Source: an uncultured Desulfobacter sp. (lineage in GTDB: Bacteria; Desulfobacterota; Desulfobacteria; Desulfobacterales; Desulfobacteraceae). Taken from it: a stretch of 64,000 nucleotides of DNA. Positions 29,349 to 40,429 of this stretch are shown piece after piece; the stretch's first letter is position 1; every line of letters starts with the position of its first letter. The translations under genes and the position numbers were made by a program. The stretch is taken from positions 2,464,001 through 2,528,000 of the forward strand of contig OY762069.1 of NCBI GenBank assembly GCA_963665095.1. The letters run 5' to 3'. The notes under the pieces are model-generated. The model saw only the letters and a list, made by a program, of their open reading frames with translations, ran no database searches and was not told the origin of the DNA.

Positions 29349-31288
29349 CGAGCAGTAAAAATAAAGGCGAACGCCTTTTAATGATGGGCAACGAAGCCAT
29401 TGCCCGGGGCGCGCTGGAGGCCGGTGTCAACGTGGTGGCCGCATATCCCGGTACCCCCTCATCGGAAATTCCCAAAGCTCTCGGGGATGTGGCCGACGAG
29501 ATGGGGCTTTATGTGGAGTGGTCCACCAACGAAAAAGTATCCCTGGAAGTGGCTGCGGCGGCGTCGTATTCCGGCCTGCGTGCCCTTTGTGCAATGAAGC
29601 AGGTGGGGGTGAACGTGGCCTCGGATTTTCTGCTTCACCTGGCGGAATACGGATCCCGGGGAGGGCTGGTGCTGGTGACCTGCGAGGACCCCGGCTCCCT
29701 GTCCAGCACCAACGAAGGAGATTCCCGTCCCTACAGTAAAATGATGGAATTCCCCCTGATCGAACCCGGGGATTTCCAGGAAGCCAAGGAGATGACCCGC
29801 TGGGCCTTTGAGCTTTCCGAAACCATCAACAATGTGGTGATGTTGCGCAGCGTGACGCGGATGTCCCACGCGTCGGGCAATGTGGTCGTGGGCGACCTGC
29901 CAGAAACCCGTGTGAAGGCCGAATTCCTGTGCAACGGCGGTTTTTTCGACCAGATGACCGGTCCGGTGATGACCCTGCCCGGCACGGCCCCTGTTCAGCG
30001 TCTTCGTCAGCTGGAAGGGTTGGAAAAGGCCATCGCGTGTTTCGAAAAGAGCCCCTTTAACACCTACTCAGGGCCAAAAGAGCCGGAACTGCTCATTATC
30101 ACCAGTTCTGCAGCAACCCTTTACTGCCGGGAAGCCATCGACAGCTTAGGTATCCAGGAGCGGGTGGGATTATTAAAGCTGGGCACCACCTGGCCCTTGC
30201 CGCCGCGTCTTTTGGAAAAACATCTGACGTGTGCCCACCGCGTGCTGATCGTCGAGGAGGGCACGCCTTTCATGGAAGACAACATCAAGGCCCTGTTTGC
30301 CCAGCGGGCCGAGGCCATCGGACCAACCCGCTTTCACGGCCGGGCGGATAAGAGCATTCCCCTGGTGGATGAACTGAACCCGGACCGTGTCATGGCGGCT
30401 CTGGTGAAAATTCTTGGCCTGCCGTATCAAGATGCCAATGCTGATTACAGAGAAAGCATCACCAAAGAGCTGGACAGCGGCATCCCGAGTCGCCCCATGG
30501 CCTTTTGCCCGGGCTGTCCCCACCGCGCCTCCTTCTGGCTCCTCCATGAAGCCATCCAGCTTGATAACCGCAGGGGATTCATCGCCGGCGACATCGGCTG
30601 TTATGTCATGGCTGTGTCGGACTGCGGGTTTAAGGCCGTGAAAACGTGTGCCGCCATGGGCTCGGGCATCGGTATGGCCTCCGGCTTCGGCCAGCTGAAG
30701 CGCTTTGGCATGGACCAGCCTGTCATGGCGGTTTGCGGGGATTCCACCTTTTTTCATACCGCCATGCCGGGTCTGGTGAACGCGATTCATAACCAGGCGG
30801 ACGTGGTTATGGTGATCCTGGATAATTCGGGAACGGCCATGACCGGTTTTCAACCCCATCCCGGTATTCCCATTGGCGCTAACGGAAAACCCCTGCCGGC
30901 CCTGGACATTCCCGATATTTGCAGGGCCATGGGCGTGCGCGTGGAAATTGCCGATCCTTTCAAGTTTGACCAGACCCGTCAGGCCATCGCGGATTTGATG
31001 GATGATGCCGGCGGCGTCCGGGTGCTGATACTGAGGCAGGCCTGTGCGCTCAGCCCCACCCGCAAGGGCAAAAAGGCGTGGAAGGTGACCGTGGATACGG
31101 ACAAATGCATGGCCGAATCCTGTGGTTGTAACCGGCTCTGCACACGAATTTTTAAATGCCCCGGCCTGACCTGGGATCCTGCGGCAAAACAAACACGAAT
31201 TGATGAATTCGTCTGTGTCGGTTGCGGTGTTTGCGCTCAGGTGTGCCCGCACAACGCAATCACGATAGAAAAGGTGGAAAGATCATGA
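29336..31288 (+). CDS. iorA: Indolepyruvate:ferredoxin oxidoreductase alpha subunit
   Basis: GNEAIARGA, YPGTPSSEI, MKQVGVNVA, FCPGCPHR, GDIGC, GDSTFFH, DNSGTAMTG, C-terminal CVGCGVCAQVCP. Confidence 0.92.
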   Translation: MSIITSSKNKGERLLMMGNEAIARGALEAGVNVVAAYPGTPSSEIPKALGDVADEMGLYVEWSTNEKVSLEVAAAASYSGLRALCAMKQVGVNVASDFLLHLAEYGSRGGLVLVTCEDPGSLSSTNEGDSRPYSKMMEFPLIEPGDFQEAKEMTRWAFELSETINNVVMLRSVTRMSHASGNVVVGDLPETRVKAEFLCNGGFFDQMTGPVMTLPGTAPVQRLRQLEGLEKAIACFEKSPFNTYSGPKEPELLIITSSAATLYCREAIDSLGIQERVGLLKLGTTWPLPPRLLEKHLTCAHRVLIVEEGTPFMEDNIKALFAQRAEAIGPTRFHGRADKSIPLVDELNPDRVMAALVKILGLPYQDANADYRESITKELDSGIPSRPMAFCPGCPHRASFWLLHEAIQLDNRRGFIAGDIGCYVMAVSDCGFKAVKTCAAMGSGIGMASGFGQLKRFGMDQPVMAVCGDSTFFHTAMPGLVNAIHNQADVVMVILDNSGTAMTGFQPHPGIPIGANGKPLPALDIPDICRAMGVRVEIADPFKFDQTRQAIADLMDDAGGVRVLILRQACALSPTRKGKKAWKVTVDTDKCMAESCGCNRLCTRIFKCPGLTWDPAAKQTRIDEFVCVGCGVCAQVCPHNAITIEKVERS

Positions 31289-31905
31289 ACAAAATAACAT
31301 TGAAACATGACCCCTACAATCTGATTATCACCGGTGTCGGCGGCCAGGGAAATGTTCTGGCCAGCCGGATGGTTGGAGATATGCTTTCCCGCCAGGGGTT
31401 CGACATCACAATCGGTGAAACCTTTGGTGCCTCCCAGCGCGGCGGGTCGGTGATGAGCCATCTGCGTATATCCGGTAAGGGAAGCCTGTCTCCCCAGATC
31501 CCCATGGGCCGGGCACATATGGTGGTATCCCTTGAACCTGTGGAGGCCCTGCGGGTGATAAAGGACTATGGCAATCCGGAAGTTAAAGTGATCACCAACA
31601 TGCGGCCGGTGCGCGCCATGGGCGTCATCAGCGGTGAAGAAGAGTACCCGTCACCGGAAGCCATCATGGCATGGATCAATAAATATTCAGCCGCAGCCTG
31701 GTTTCTCGATACCACTGAAACAGCGACCCGGCTGGGCAATCCCATTTTCGGCAACGTTATGCTGGTCGGCGCCCTGGCCGGAACCGGCGAACTGAACCTG
31801 GATCGCGAGACCTTCGAGGCAGTGGTAAAAAGCAGGATGCCCGCATCTAAGGTACAGGTGAACCTGGAAGCCTTTGATGCAGGCAAAGAGCTGATAAAAG
31901 CATAA
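31285..31905 (+). CDS. iorB: Indolepyruvate:ferredoxin oxidoreductase beta subunit
   Basis: GVGGQG, ETFGASQRGGSV; ATGA overlap with iorA. Confidence 0.92.
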   Translation: MNKITLKHDPYNLIITGVGGQGNVLASRMVGDMLSRQGFDITIGETFGASQRGGSVMSHLRISGKGSLSPQIPMGRAHMVVSLEPVEALRVIKDYGNPEVKVITNMRPVRAMGVISGEEEYPSPEAIMAWINKYSAAAWFLDTTETATRLGNPIFGNVMLVGALAGTGELNLDRETFEAVVKSRMPASKVQVNLEAFDAGKELIKA

Positions 31906-31954
31906 ACAACCGTACGGGCTGATCCTCCCAGGCTCAACCCGCAACGAAAGTTAC

Positions 31955-32008
31955 TGATAAAAATGAGGCGCATGAAATAATACTGTCATGCGCCTCGTTT
32001 TTATATCA
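31955..32008 (+). terminator. Stem-loop terminator after iorB
   Basis: GAGGCGCATGA...TCATGCGCCTC followed by a T-run. Confidence 0.65.
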
Positions 32009-32544
32009 GCAAACAATTTTATGGCTTGGTTGATGTCGATACCTAACTTGTCCCCTTGAAGATACTGATAAATCAAACAGTTGTACCATCAGTATCTGCC
32101 GTAATCTCAAACAAGATGCTGTCATACGACAAGGCTGAGGCATGTGGCAACGGAGCTGTTCTCTTCGGTGTCTACTACGCTCTGGGCGCTGTTTGCCGGA
32201 TACGACACAATAGTCATTTCCCCGTCGCTTGCTTTGGCTTTTGTTGCCCGGACACTAAGGGTAAACTGACTGAGGCTGTCATAGTCGGAAAGCAGTGATT
32301 GAGAAGTGTCGTCATCTGTTTCCAAACCGCTGGAAATAAGGGTGGCCAGATCTATTTTGAAGGGCTGCAATATCGTCCTGCTCTTCCTGGTTCAGCTCTC
32401 CTTGAATCTCTATGGACACGGTTTCACTTGGCACTTTGATCATCAAGTAGTCCCGGGACATCTATGCCCTGCTCCCTTATATAGTAGTAATCGACTAAGG
32501 TGGCTTGGTTGGTCAAGGTCACTTGGTCTCCCTGGGCGGTAGTA

Positions 32545-33500
32545 ACTTCAACGGTCGTCTCGGCGGTGGATATAGCAGGTCTGATGTTTCCATATAATGT
32601 TTACTCGAAACATCTGCCACCTGGTGGTTGGTAAGAAGATCAAATTTCCATTTCTCAATGCCATTTTCAACGGCTATGGCCTTAAAAGTCCTGCGCAAAT
32701 CGTGGGCACTTACATTTGATTTAATGGCCGCTGATATCTTTTTCATGGGAGCCAAGACCTCTTTGATATGGCCATACTTTCCCTTGGAAGCAAACATGTA
32801 TTCATTGACTCTGGGCCGGCTGTCTATGATCTGACAGGCAAGGTCTGAAAGGGAAAATGTAACGGCCGGTGATTCTTGGGGTCGTCCAGGTACCACCACT
32901 TTTCCTCTGTGTTCACCCGGTCCCAGGTCAAGGTCGTGACTTCATCAACGCGGCCTCCAGATAAAAGGATAACCATTGTGGCATCCACCATGGTTCTGCT
33001 GGCCGGTATTCCAAAGTTTTTGCTCAGATATGATGTTGACAGGATTTTCACCAAACACCGGAGAATCATCCGGGTACCTGTATTCAGCGACAGCATAGTT
33101 CCACAAAGCACGGAACACCCTGAATGCCTGGTTTGCCTGGGCAGGTGACCTTTCGCTTTTTTCCACAAACTTCCTTTTCACTTCGTCCCTGTTTATTCGG
33201 GATAACGACCTCTTTTTCCAGGCTTTAAAATTCAGGTCACTATGGGTTTTAATGTCTTTTATGGATAGTGGTTTTAGTTTTTTGGATTCAACATATGATT
33301 TCACCACCGTTTCAAGGGAAACAGTCTCAGCCTTTTGCCTGGGTCGCTCAAATTAAGGGTCCTCACCCTGAGCAATTTTAGCAAGTTCCATCTTTGCCAT
33401 GTCCCTTGCCTGTTTAGGTGTCAAAGCCCCATATATACCTAATGTAACCCGTCTATTTTCCCCCCTGCCCTGGCCTGCGCTTCAAGATACATATGATTTG
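32545..33500 (-). pseudogene. Tyrosine integrase (P4-like, arm domain) pseudogene
   Basis: Fragments in several frames: RVTLGIYGALTPKQAR (arm), PAQANQAFRVFRALWNYA, LLSGGRVDE, SAHDLRRTF, LTNH...HY. Confidence 0.85.
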
Positions 33501-33540
33501 AAATGTTATTTATCTTTTCCCGAGCAATAGAATCCTCCTG

Positions 33541-33765
33541 CTATCTGGCTGTATTTTCAAGGATTGGTCCAGACCCAAAACCATATACGAATACACAATC
33601 CAGTTGATCGGTTACCTTTTCAAGCGTTTTGATGGTCAGTGCCCCTGAAAGCTCATCCTGCTCATTTTTTTTACAATTCGGAATTGACTGCCCCCCCAGG
33701 CGGTCTGCCAACTGCCGCATATTCATCCCAGGCGCATCCCGGATCGCACGTATCCATTTTCTACG
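33541..33765 (-). pseudogene. Mobile mystery protein A-like HTH fragment
   Basis: WIRAIRDAPGMNMRQLADRLG...EQDELSGALTIKTLEKV..QLDCVFVYGF. Confidence 0.7.
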
Positions 33766-33779
33766 AACCGTGCAAACAC

Positions 33780-34431
33780 TACTTGCGTGCAATATCCATA
33801 TCCATCGGCCTCAGCAGCTCTCCAGGGTCCTGGATCTGACAGACCTGAATCCCGTCGCCAGCATGGCGTCGGCAACAATGCCCTGGTCAAAGGGTTTAAA
33901 GGGGGAATTGTGCATGGCCCAGGCCATGGTGGAGATGACAAAAAACTCAGGGCAAGTGGACTCATGGGTCAGCCCCTCGGAACAGTTGATAAAGACCCCG
34001 CCTGGGTTGAGCGCATGATAAATTTTAGCCATTACCGATCCAAGATCGGGCTTGGCAAAATTCAGGGTGGAACCGGCCCAGATAAAGTCATAGCCCTGCC
34101 CTATTGCGTCGGTGTTGTAGTCTCCGGGGCACACCGTCACTTGCGCCTGCATGCCGTATTCGGCGATGAATCTGCGGGCGGCATCCATGGAGGACTTTCT
34201 GTCAAAGAGCACCCCTGTCATATCCTTCATCTCCCTTTGCATCAGAAAACTTTTTCCGAGGTAAGAGGGACGGCCCGAAATAAGGAATGCCTCGGCCATC
34301 AGGGTATTGGAAAAGATACTTTGTTCTTTATTCAAAAGCCCCAGGGCCGCAAGGCCATTGAGGAAGAGGCCCGTATTGACCGGGTCCAGCTCCAGGCGCC
34401 CGCAATTTATGGGCATAAGTTTCCCCTTCAT
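33780..34431 (-). pseudogene. SAM-dependent O-methyltransferase with internal deletion
   Basis: FLNGLAALGLL..NT..AEAFL (dimerisation domain) joined directly to GVLFD...PGDY..D; the DLGGG SAM motif is missing. Confidence 0.7.
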
Positions 34432-34459
34432 CGCTTAAAGGGTCAAACTCGGCAGTAAT

Positions 34460-35202
34460 AATATATGCCGGAGCCAGGCCGGTGAAATCCTTTTCTTTTA
34501 AGGGAGAAACAATCGGATCCGACAGATTTCCTCCTGCATATAATTCCCCCATGGTATATTTAACAATATCTGTTTGGAGGAAAGTACTATGCTCTATCCG
34601 ACTCCTGGTTTCACACGCCACATCCACCACAGGATAAATCGGTATCTGGAGCAACGGCTGTGGGGTACCTTCCCGTTTAGCTTGATGGGTCAGTGCACAG
34701 GTTAGATATCCTCCGCCGCTGTCACCGGCAATGGCGACCCTGTCCTGATCTACGCCAATCTCATTCCCGTTTTGCTGGAGATACCGTAAAACTGCGTAAC
34801 AATCCGCCAGGACTGCCGGGCATTTATGTTCCGGGGCCAGACGGTATGCAGGCGCCAGGACAATACAATCGGCTTCTTGGGATAATACGGAATTCTGACC
34901 ATGGTAATCATCTGGAGACAGAAGGCACCAACCCCGCCACCGTGGAAATAGGCCAATGCCGGCAAGAGCTGATCTGTTTTTATAGAGACATAAAGCTTAC
35001 AGCGAATTTCACCTTATAGGCCGGGAATGTAAATATCTTCCATTCTGTAAAGATTCCTGACCGGGGGATCAACGGTTTTCCAGAATTCACTGTTCATAGA
35101 TCTCCATTCTTCCATGGGGATGTCCCTGGGGGAAGGAGGATTTTCCATACCTTTCAGGAAAACGTCCAGCCATGCATTTACCTGTGGGTTTTTGCATCTC
35201 AT
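34460..35202 (-). pseudogene. HSL-family alpha/beta hydrolase (esterase) pseudogene
   Basis: Fragments ALAYFHGGG, VAIAGDSGGG (about 34715-34740) and LQIPIYPVVD in different frames. Confidence 0.7.
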
Positions 35203-35625
35203 TATCGTTATCCTTTGCCAATTTAAAAATTCAGTACCAACAACTATATATTGATATATAAATTCATATCAGGTACTACATATTGTATTTGAGATCAAGT
35301 GAATTATCCTATTTATTAGAACAGCAGCCTTTTTTTGCCGAGCTGCAACGGATCAACTACAAGTGGATCTGTAACAGCCGGTCTCGAGCTATTTTGAAAA
35401 AAGTTCACCCATTAGCCCATTCTTTTGGCATAGTGGAAAATTCAGAATGGTTACGCCACTTATTGAATTAAAAATCTCTGCCAGTAAAAAGATGAAGGGG
35501 ATTGGTCAAATTCTAACCCCCCAATAATAGAAAAGCCGGCAATTATATTTTGTTTCAGCACAATATCGACAGGTCATAAGCATCGCTTTTGTTATTTAAT
35601 GTACCGACTTTATTTGTGAAAATGA

Positions 35626-35657
35626 AAAAGCCCCTGAGTAACGGCTACTCAGGGGCT
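35626..35657 (-). terminator. Terminator downstream of the cold-shock gene
   Basis: AGCCCCTGAGTA-acggc-TACTCAGGGGCT with an A-run on the + strand (U-tail on -). Confidence 0.75.
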
Positions 35658-35684
35658 ATAATGTCACTGGGATAAAATGGTATA

Positions 35685-35888
35685 TTAAATCACGGTCACA
35701 TTTGCAGCTGACGGGCCTTTGGGACCCTGTTCAATGTCGAATGAAACTTGATCACCCTCATTGAGAGTTTTAAAACCAGTTGCATTGATGCCTGAATGAT
35801 GGACAAATACATCTTTGCCACCACCTGCATGTTCAATAAATCCAAAACCTTTTGACTCGTTAAACCATTTTACGATACCGTTTGCCAT
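35685..35888 (-). CDS. Cold-shock protein (CspA family)
   Basis: [34 protein letters not shown]. Confidence 0.96.
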   Translation of the reverse strand: MANGIVKWFNESKGFGFIEHAGGGKDVFVHHSGINATGFKTLNEGDQVSFDIEQGPKGPSAANVTVI

Positions 35889-36056
35889 GTAGGCGTTCTC
35901 CTAAATAAAAATAAAAAAAATCGTCTCGATCTTAAAGAATAATCACTGATTTCTCGGGGAAAATATCTAAGGAAGAAACTAAAGCACTTAAAAATAGTGC
36001 AATGGGTACAGAGCATACAGGAAAAATTGAGTATGTCAAGAAAATTAAATTTTATA

Positions 36057-36790
36057 GTAACTATTCAGCAAAAAAAACGCATTTGATGTCATTTTTTCCT
36101 TGACAGGGGTTTTGGCGAAAAATTTGAATTTTCGGTTTCATATACAAAACCCTTCATTGGGGAGGGTTATAACGGATATCATTAGATCCACTGGTTTTTA
36201 GCCGACAGATGAATGGCCAGCCATATCCTTCATCAGACCCCAACCGAGGAAAAAAAGAAGAAACCTGGCCCCCGTAAACCCGGAGGACAAAACGGACATG
36301 TTGGAACCACCCTTCGAAAATTTGATACCCCTGATCAAATCGAGAATATCCCTGTAGACAGAAAAAAACTTCCAAAGGGGAAACGATACACAGATCCCTT
36401 TCCCGAAGGGATTAATCGCCCGGTACAATATGGCATTGATGTAAAAGTACATTCCGTGTATATGTCGCAATATCAGTTGGTGCCGTATAAGCGAATTGAA
36501 GAGGACTTTCAGGATCAGGTAAAAATTCCGATCAGCGCAGGGACGGTTTTCAACTTCAACTATGATGCCTATCATAAACTTGAGGCTTTTGAAGCCATGG
36601 TTAAATCAAAATTGATTGCGCCCGGCCTTTGTCATGCAGATGAGACCGGTATCAATATCAATGGGAAACGGGTTTGGCTGCATTGTGTATCCAATCCTTT
36701 ATGGAGTTATTATCTTCCCCATGAAAAAAGAGGTTTAGAGGCCATGGAAGCGATGGGAATATTGCCTCATTTCAACGGGGTCCTCTGTCA
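36057..36790 (+). mobile_element. IS66-family remnant (left end plus 5' transposase part)
   Basis: Terminal GTAACTATTCAGC at 36057; KPGGQNGHVG, PVQYG, HADETG; nearly identical to the reverse complement of about 54605-55227. Confidence 0.85.
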
Positions 36791-37196
36791 AGTATTCCAA
36801 AAAATATCAGGACTCGTGCGTCTGTTTGATGGGGATTGGAGACACAAAACAATAGCTCGGGTCGCCGATTGCTTATGAGAAATTCATTTTTTATAACACG
36901 CTTGTTTTGGAATTAATTTCGCGCTAAGGCGCGAGGATTTAACGCATTAAGGACAAAAACATGGGGGAAAGGAAGCATACATCGGCGTGCATACTGTCCC
37001 CCATGTTCTCGTCACCAGTCACGGCGCTCAGGTTGCTTCCCAGCATTGCCCTATCCTCCGAACTGGCGGCGGCCACAGTATAATGATCTTATGAAATAGC
37101 AAGAGAGATCTGGCAAGGAAGGAGGGCGTTACCGCCAGATCTGACAAAGGATTCCCAAAAAATGTAGCTTAAAAAAAGTCAAAATCGGTCTTGACA
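36786..37196. mobile_element. Non-coding MITE/IS derivative with TGTCAAG...CTTGACA ends
   Basis: 7-bp terminal inverted repeat; several internal hairpins; both neighbours are truncated exactly at its borders. Confidence 0.55.
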
Positions 37197-37422
37197 TTGG
37201 GTCCACTTCACACCTTTTGTATTGCTCAGGCTCAGTATGATGATTTCTTTTGATTGTGCGAGTTCCTCCAATGGATGAACCTGCAAGGCGCCTTGGCTCA
37301 ATACTTCTTTCACAGTCGCACTTTGGATTCTGGCAAAAAAAATCCACCTCATATCCGGCATCAAGCAAATTCAGCACCATCCCGACACCCATTTTTCCAA
37401 CACCAATATAACCGATTTTCAT
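37197..37422 (-). pseudogene. NAD(P)-dependent 3-hydroxyisobutyrate/tartronate-semialdehyde reductase family, 5' fragment
   Basis: MKIGYIGVGKMGVGMVLNLLDAGYEV then a frameshift to LEELAQSKEIIILSL; truncated at the MITE. Confidence 0.75.
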
Positions 37423-37756
37423 TATTCCCCCCTTCACTCGGCTTTATTAGTTTTGGATGTGCCGGGAATGATTTATTAATATTCCACCCAAAGCCTGGCA
37501 CAGTCTCTGTCTTAGCCCACATAAGGTTAGACGTTGTTTATTCTGGGTAAATTAGGAGTATTGGAGATTACCCTGACTGACTTTGAGAAGGCAAGAGTGA
37601 TTTTAAGCACCTGGCTTATGATCTGATTTGATGGCTTGATTGAGCGAATTTGAAAATCAAACTGAGGTGATTGAGGCCAAGGACTACTTCAGCTCGGGTG
37701 CCATTTCTGAATAGAGCTTACCTCCTATACTTTACCGCAGTGATACTTTTGGGCTC

Positions 37757-38551
37757 TTAACGATTTTTAAGAATGTGTTCGGCGAGCTGGGCAAATCCGA
37801 TTCCGCCCTGGCCCTGTGTGATAAAACCGGGTTTAACTGTCAGCTGATTTTCAAAATTCAGGATATTGTTCACGCCAACTGAGAGGGGGAAATAGTCAAA
37901 CATGGGTTCGTCATTGGGAGAATCTCCACAAAAGACACATCTGCTTTTCTCGGTGGCAAGATCAATTCCCCAAAGATGGGCAGCCATTTTCTTTGTCATG
38001 CCCAGTTTGTTGTAGTTGCCGAACCAGCCATTTACATGGATGGAAGAGACTTTGTAGGTCGCGCCGTGTTTGTCAAAAATTTTGCATATTTCCTGGATTT
38101 GTTTTTCATCAAGTGGGGATACATCCTCACAAAAATCAATGGCCAGGTCTGCCTCTCTGTAGTTTTGGTCCGATGCAATGCCTGCGCCGGGGATGGTGGC
38201 CAACACCTCTTCTTTAATGCGGTTTAGACGCTCACGTTTACTTAACCGGACTGCAGGTTCGTCATAAAAACAGGTTTTAAATGCCCCTGTATTTTTGTCG
38301 CACCAGAAAAAAAACGCGCCGTTTTCCCCAACCACCGCATCAACAGGCCACATCCGGGAAATATGATCGCACCACCCGGCAGGCCTGCCCGTGATCGGCA
38401 CCAGACGGATGCCGGCATCCTTTAGATTCCAGAGTGCGGTATAGGCCTGGGGCAAAATTTTGCTGTGCAATGAAAAGGTGTCGTCTATATCAAAAAACAG
38501 TGCATTGATCTGTTTTATCTGATCCGGCCCAAGCTGTTGGAGTGGCTTCAT
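37757..38551 (-). CDS. HAD-IIB family hydrolase
   Basis: FDIDDT, ITGRP, GENGA, GDSPND. Confidence 0.88.
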   Translation of the reverse strand: MKPLQQLGPDQIKQINALFFDIDDTFSLHSKILPQAYTALWNLKDAGIRLVPITGRPAGWCDHISRMWPVDAVVGENGAFFFWCDKNTGAFKTCFYDEPAVRLSKRERLNRIKEEVLATIPGAGIASDQNYREADLAIDFCEDVSPLDEKQIQEICKIFDKHGATYKVSSIHVNGWFGNYNKLGMTKKMAAHLWGIDLATEKSRCVFCGDSPNDEPMFDYFPLSVGVNNILNFENQLTVKPGFITQGQGGIGFAQLAEHILKNR

Positions 38552-39471
38552 TATTTTTCTTTTTCCACCAGCCCTTTAACAAACCAGCGCTGCATAAAAA
38601 GCACCACAAGAACAGGGGGCAGCATGACCAGCAGGGCCGCACCCAGAGCGATATTCCACTCCGGCAGGTCATCGGCCTGGGGAATGAGATTCTGCAGCCC
38701 GATAACGGCTGTGGTCATCTTGGGGTTGGTGGTGATCAGCAGGGGCCACAGATACTGGTTATAGCCGTAAACAAACTCAATGACCACCAGGGCGGCAATA
38801 TTGGTCTTTGACAAAGGAAAAAGAATTTTCCTGAAAAAGGTCATGGGAGAGGCACCGTCGATTTTGGCCGCCTCGCACAACTCGTCCGGAATGGTCAAAA
38901 AGAACTGGCGAAACAAAAAGGTGCAGGTAGCCGAGGCCACCAAGGGCAGAATCAGCCCGGTATAGCTGTCCAGAAGGCTCCAGTTCAGGGTCACGGACAC
39001 ATCATTTTGAGCAAAAAAGGAGACAACGCCATCCAGGTGCAGAAAATCCCAAAGGGTTTGCAGCGGGCTTAAAACATTGGCGGCCATCTCGTAGGTCGGC
39101 AGGATCCTTACCTCCACAGGCAGCATCAGGGTGCAGAAAACTGAAGCAAAGGCAACCACTCTCATCCGGTAGTCAAAATAGACAATGGAGAAAGCCCCGA
39201 TCATGGAGACACATATTTTGCCCGCAGTAATGCCTGTGGCCATGACAAAGGAATTAAAGATCTGGGTACCGAGATCTCCTCTGCTCCAGGCCTCTTTCAT
39301 GTTGACCCAGAACTGGTCCCCGGGGATCAGGGGCATGGGTACCTTGGAGACCTCATCCAGGGGAAGGGTCGCCGCAATCAGGCTGTAGATAATGGGGAAT
39401 CCCACAATCAGAATCCCCAGCATCAGGAAGGCATAGGTAAAAAAGTCGAGAAAAGGTGTTTTTTCAACCAT
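38551..39471 (-). CDS. ugpE: Glycerol-3-phosphate-type ABC permease
   Basis: TLMLPVEVRILPT, EAAKIDGA, NQYLWPLL. Confidence 0.8.
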   Translation of the reverse strand: MVEKTPFLDFFTYAFLMLGILIVGFPIIYSLIAATLPLDEVSKVPMPLIPGDQFWVNMKEAWSRGDLGTQIFNSFVMATGITAGKICVSMIGAFSIVYFDYRMRVVAFASVFCTLMLPVEVRILPTYEMAANVLSPLQTLWDFLHLDGVVSFFAQNDVSVTLNWSLLDSYTGLILPLVASATCTFLFRQFFLTIPDELCEAAKIDGASPMTFFRKILFPLSKTNIAALVVIEFVYGYNQYLWPLLITTNPKMTTAVIGLQNLIPQADDLPEWNIALGAALLVMLPPVLVVLFMQRWFVKGLVEKEK

Positions 39472-39476
39472 GATAT

Positions 39477-40367
39477 TTATCCACTGTATTGTACTTTCTT
39501 TTCAACAAACCGGAACTGCAGAAAGGTGATGATGATAATTAAAGACATCAGCACCACGGACTGGGCCGATGATGACCCTAGATTCAGGCCCACAAACCCG
39601 TCCTGGTAGACCTTGTAGACCAGGATATTGGTGGATCCGCCCGGCCCGCCCTGGGTCACGGTATGGATAATGCCGAAGGTCTCAAAAAACGAATAGATGA
39701 TATTCATGACCATGAGAAAGAAAAAGGTCGGCGACAGCAGGGGCAGGGTAATGGTCCAGAACCTGCGGAACGGACTTGCCCCGTCAATGGCAGCGGCCTC
39801 GATCAGGGACTTGGGAATGGCCTGCATGCCGGCCACAAAAAAGACAAAATTATAACTGATCTCTTTCCAGGCGCTGGCCATGACGATCATCACCATGGCG
39901 TCGGTGCCGTATAGCACCGGGTTCCAGTCAAATCCAAACACTTCTTTAATGGCAATGGCCACAATTCCGTAAGAGGGGTGGAGCAGAAAAAGCCACATAA
40001 TGCCGGAGATGGCCGGGGCCACGGCATAGGGCCAGATCAGCATGGTCCGGACCAGGGCCTTGGCCTTAAGGGCCCGGTTGGCCATGGCCGCGATAAACAG
40101 CCCCAAAGAGATGGAAACGGCTGCTGTGGCCAGACTGAAAACAAAAGTAATAAAAATGGATTTCAGGTAGAGCGGGTCTGTGAACAGTTCAACATAGTTT
40201 TGAAACCAGACAAATTTAGACCGCCGGCCAAAGGGGTCACTCAATAAGAATGACTGGCAGATGCCCTGAATTGCCGGCCAGTAAAAAAAGGTCAAAGTGA
40301 CAATGGCCTGGGGCAGAATCAAAATATAGGGCAGATATCTTGATTTAAAATGGGCGCGTTTTATCAT
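39477..40367 (-). CDS. ugpA: Glycerol-3-phosphate-type ABC permease
   Basis: IWPYAVAPA, IPKSLIEAAAIDGA, LLSPTFFFL, SSSAQSV. Confidence 0.85.
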   Translation of the reverse strand: MIKRAHFKSRYLPYILILPQAIVTLTFFYWPAIQGICQSFLLSDPFGRRSKFVWFQNYVELFTDPLYLKSIFITFVFSLATAAVSISLGLFIAAMANRALKAKALVRTMLIWPYAVAPAISGIMWLFLLHPSYGIVAIAIKEVFGFDWNPVLYGTDAMVMIVMASAWKEISYNFVFFVAGMQAIPKSLIEAAAIDGASPFRRFWTITLPLLSPTFFFLMVMNIIYSFFETFGIIHTVTQGGPGGSTNILVYKVYQDGFVGLNLGSSSAQSVVLMSLIIIITFLQFRFVEKKVQYSG

Positions 40368-40380
40368 GGTGGATCAACAA

Positions 40381-40406
40381 GAAGCCGGGCAGGTCCGCCC
40401 GGCTTC
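40381..40406 (-). terminator. Intercistronic stem-loop after the binding-protein gene
   Basis: GAAGCCGGGC-aggtcc-GCCCGGCTTC. Confidence 0.6.
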
Positions 40407-40429
40407 GATGTCTTTCTATCTATAGGTTT

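Noticed and set aside
30173..31252. 359-aa minus-strand ORF and other long antisense ORFs (26658-27461, 50101-50733)
   Set aside because: Shadows of GC-rich sense genes (iorA, pirin, hydratase)
32056..32542. Short ORFs between iorB and the integrase relic
   Set aside because: Possibly remains of a secreted Ser/Thr-rich protein gene, but no assignable family
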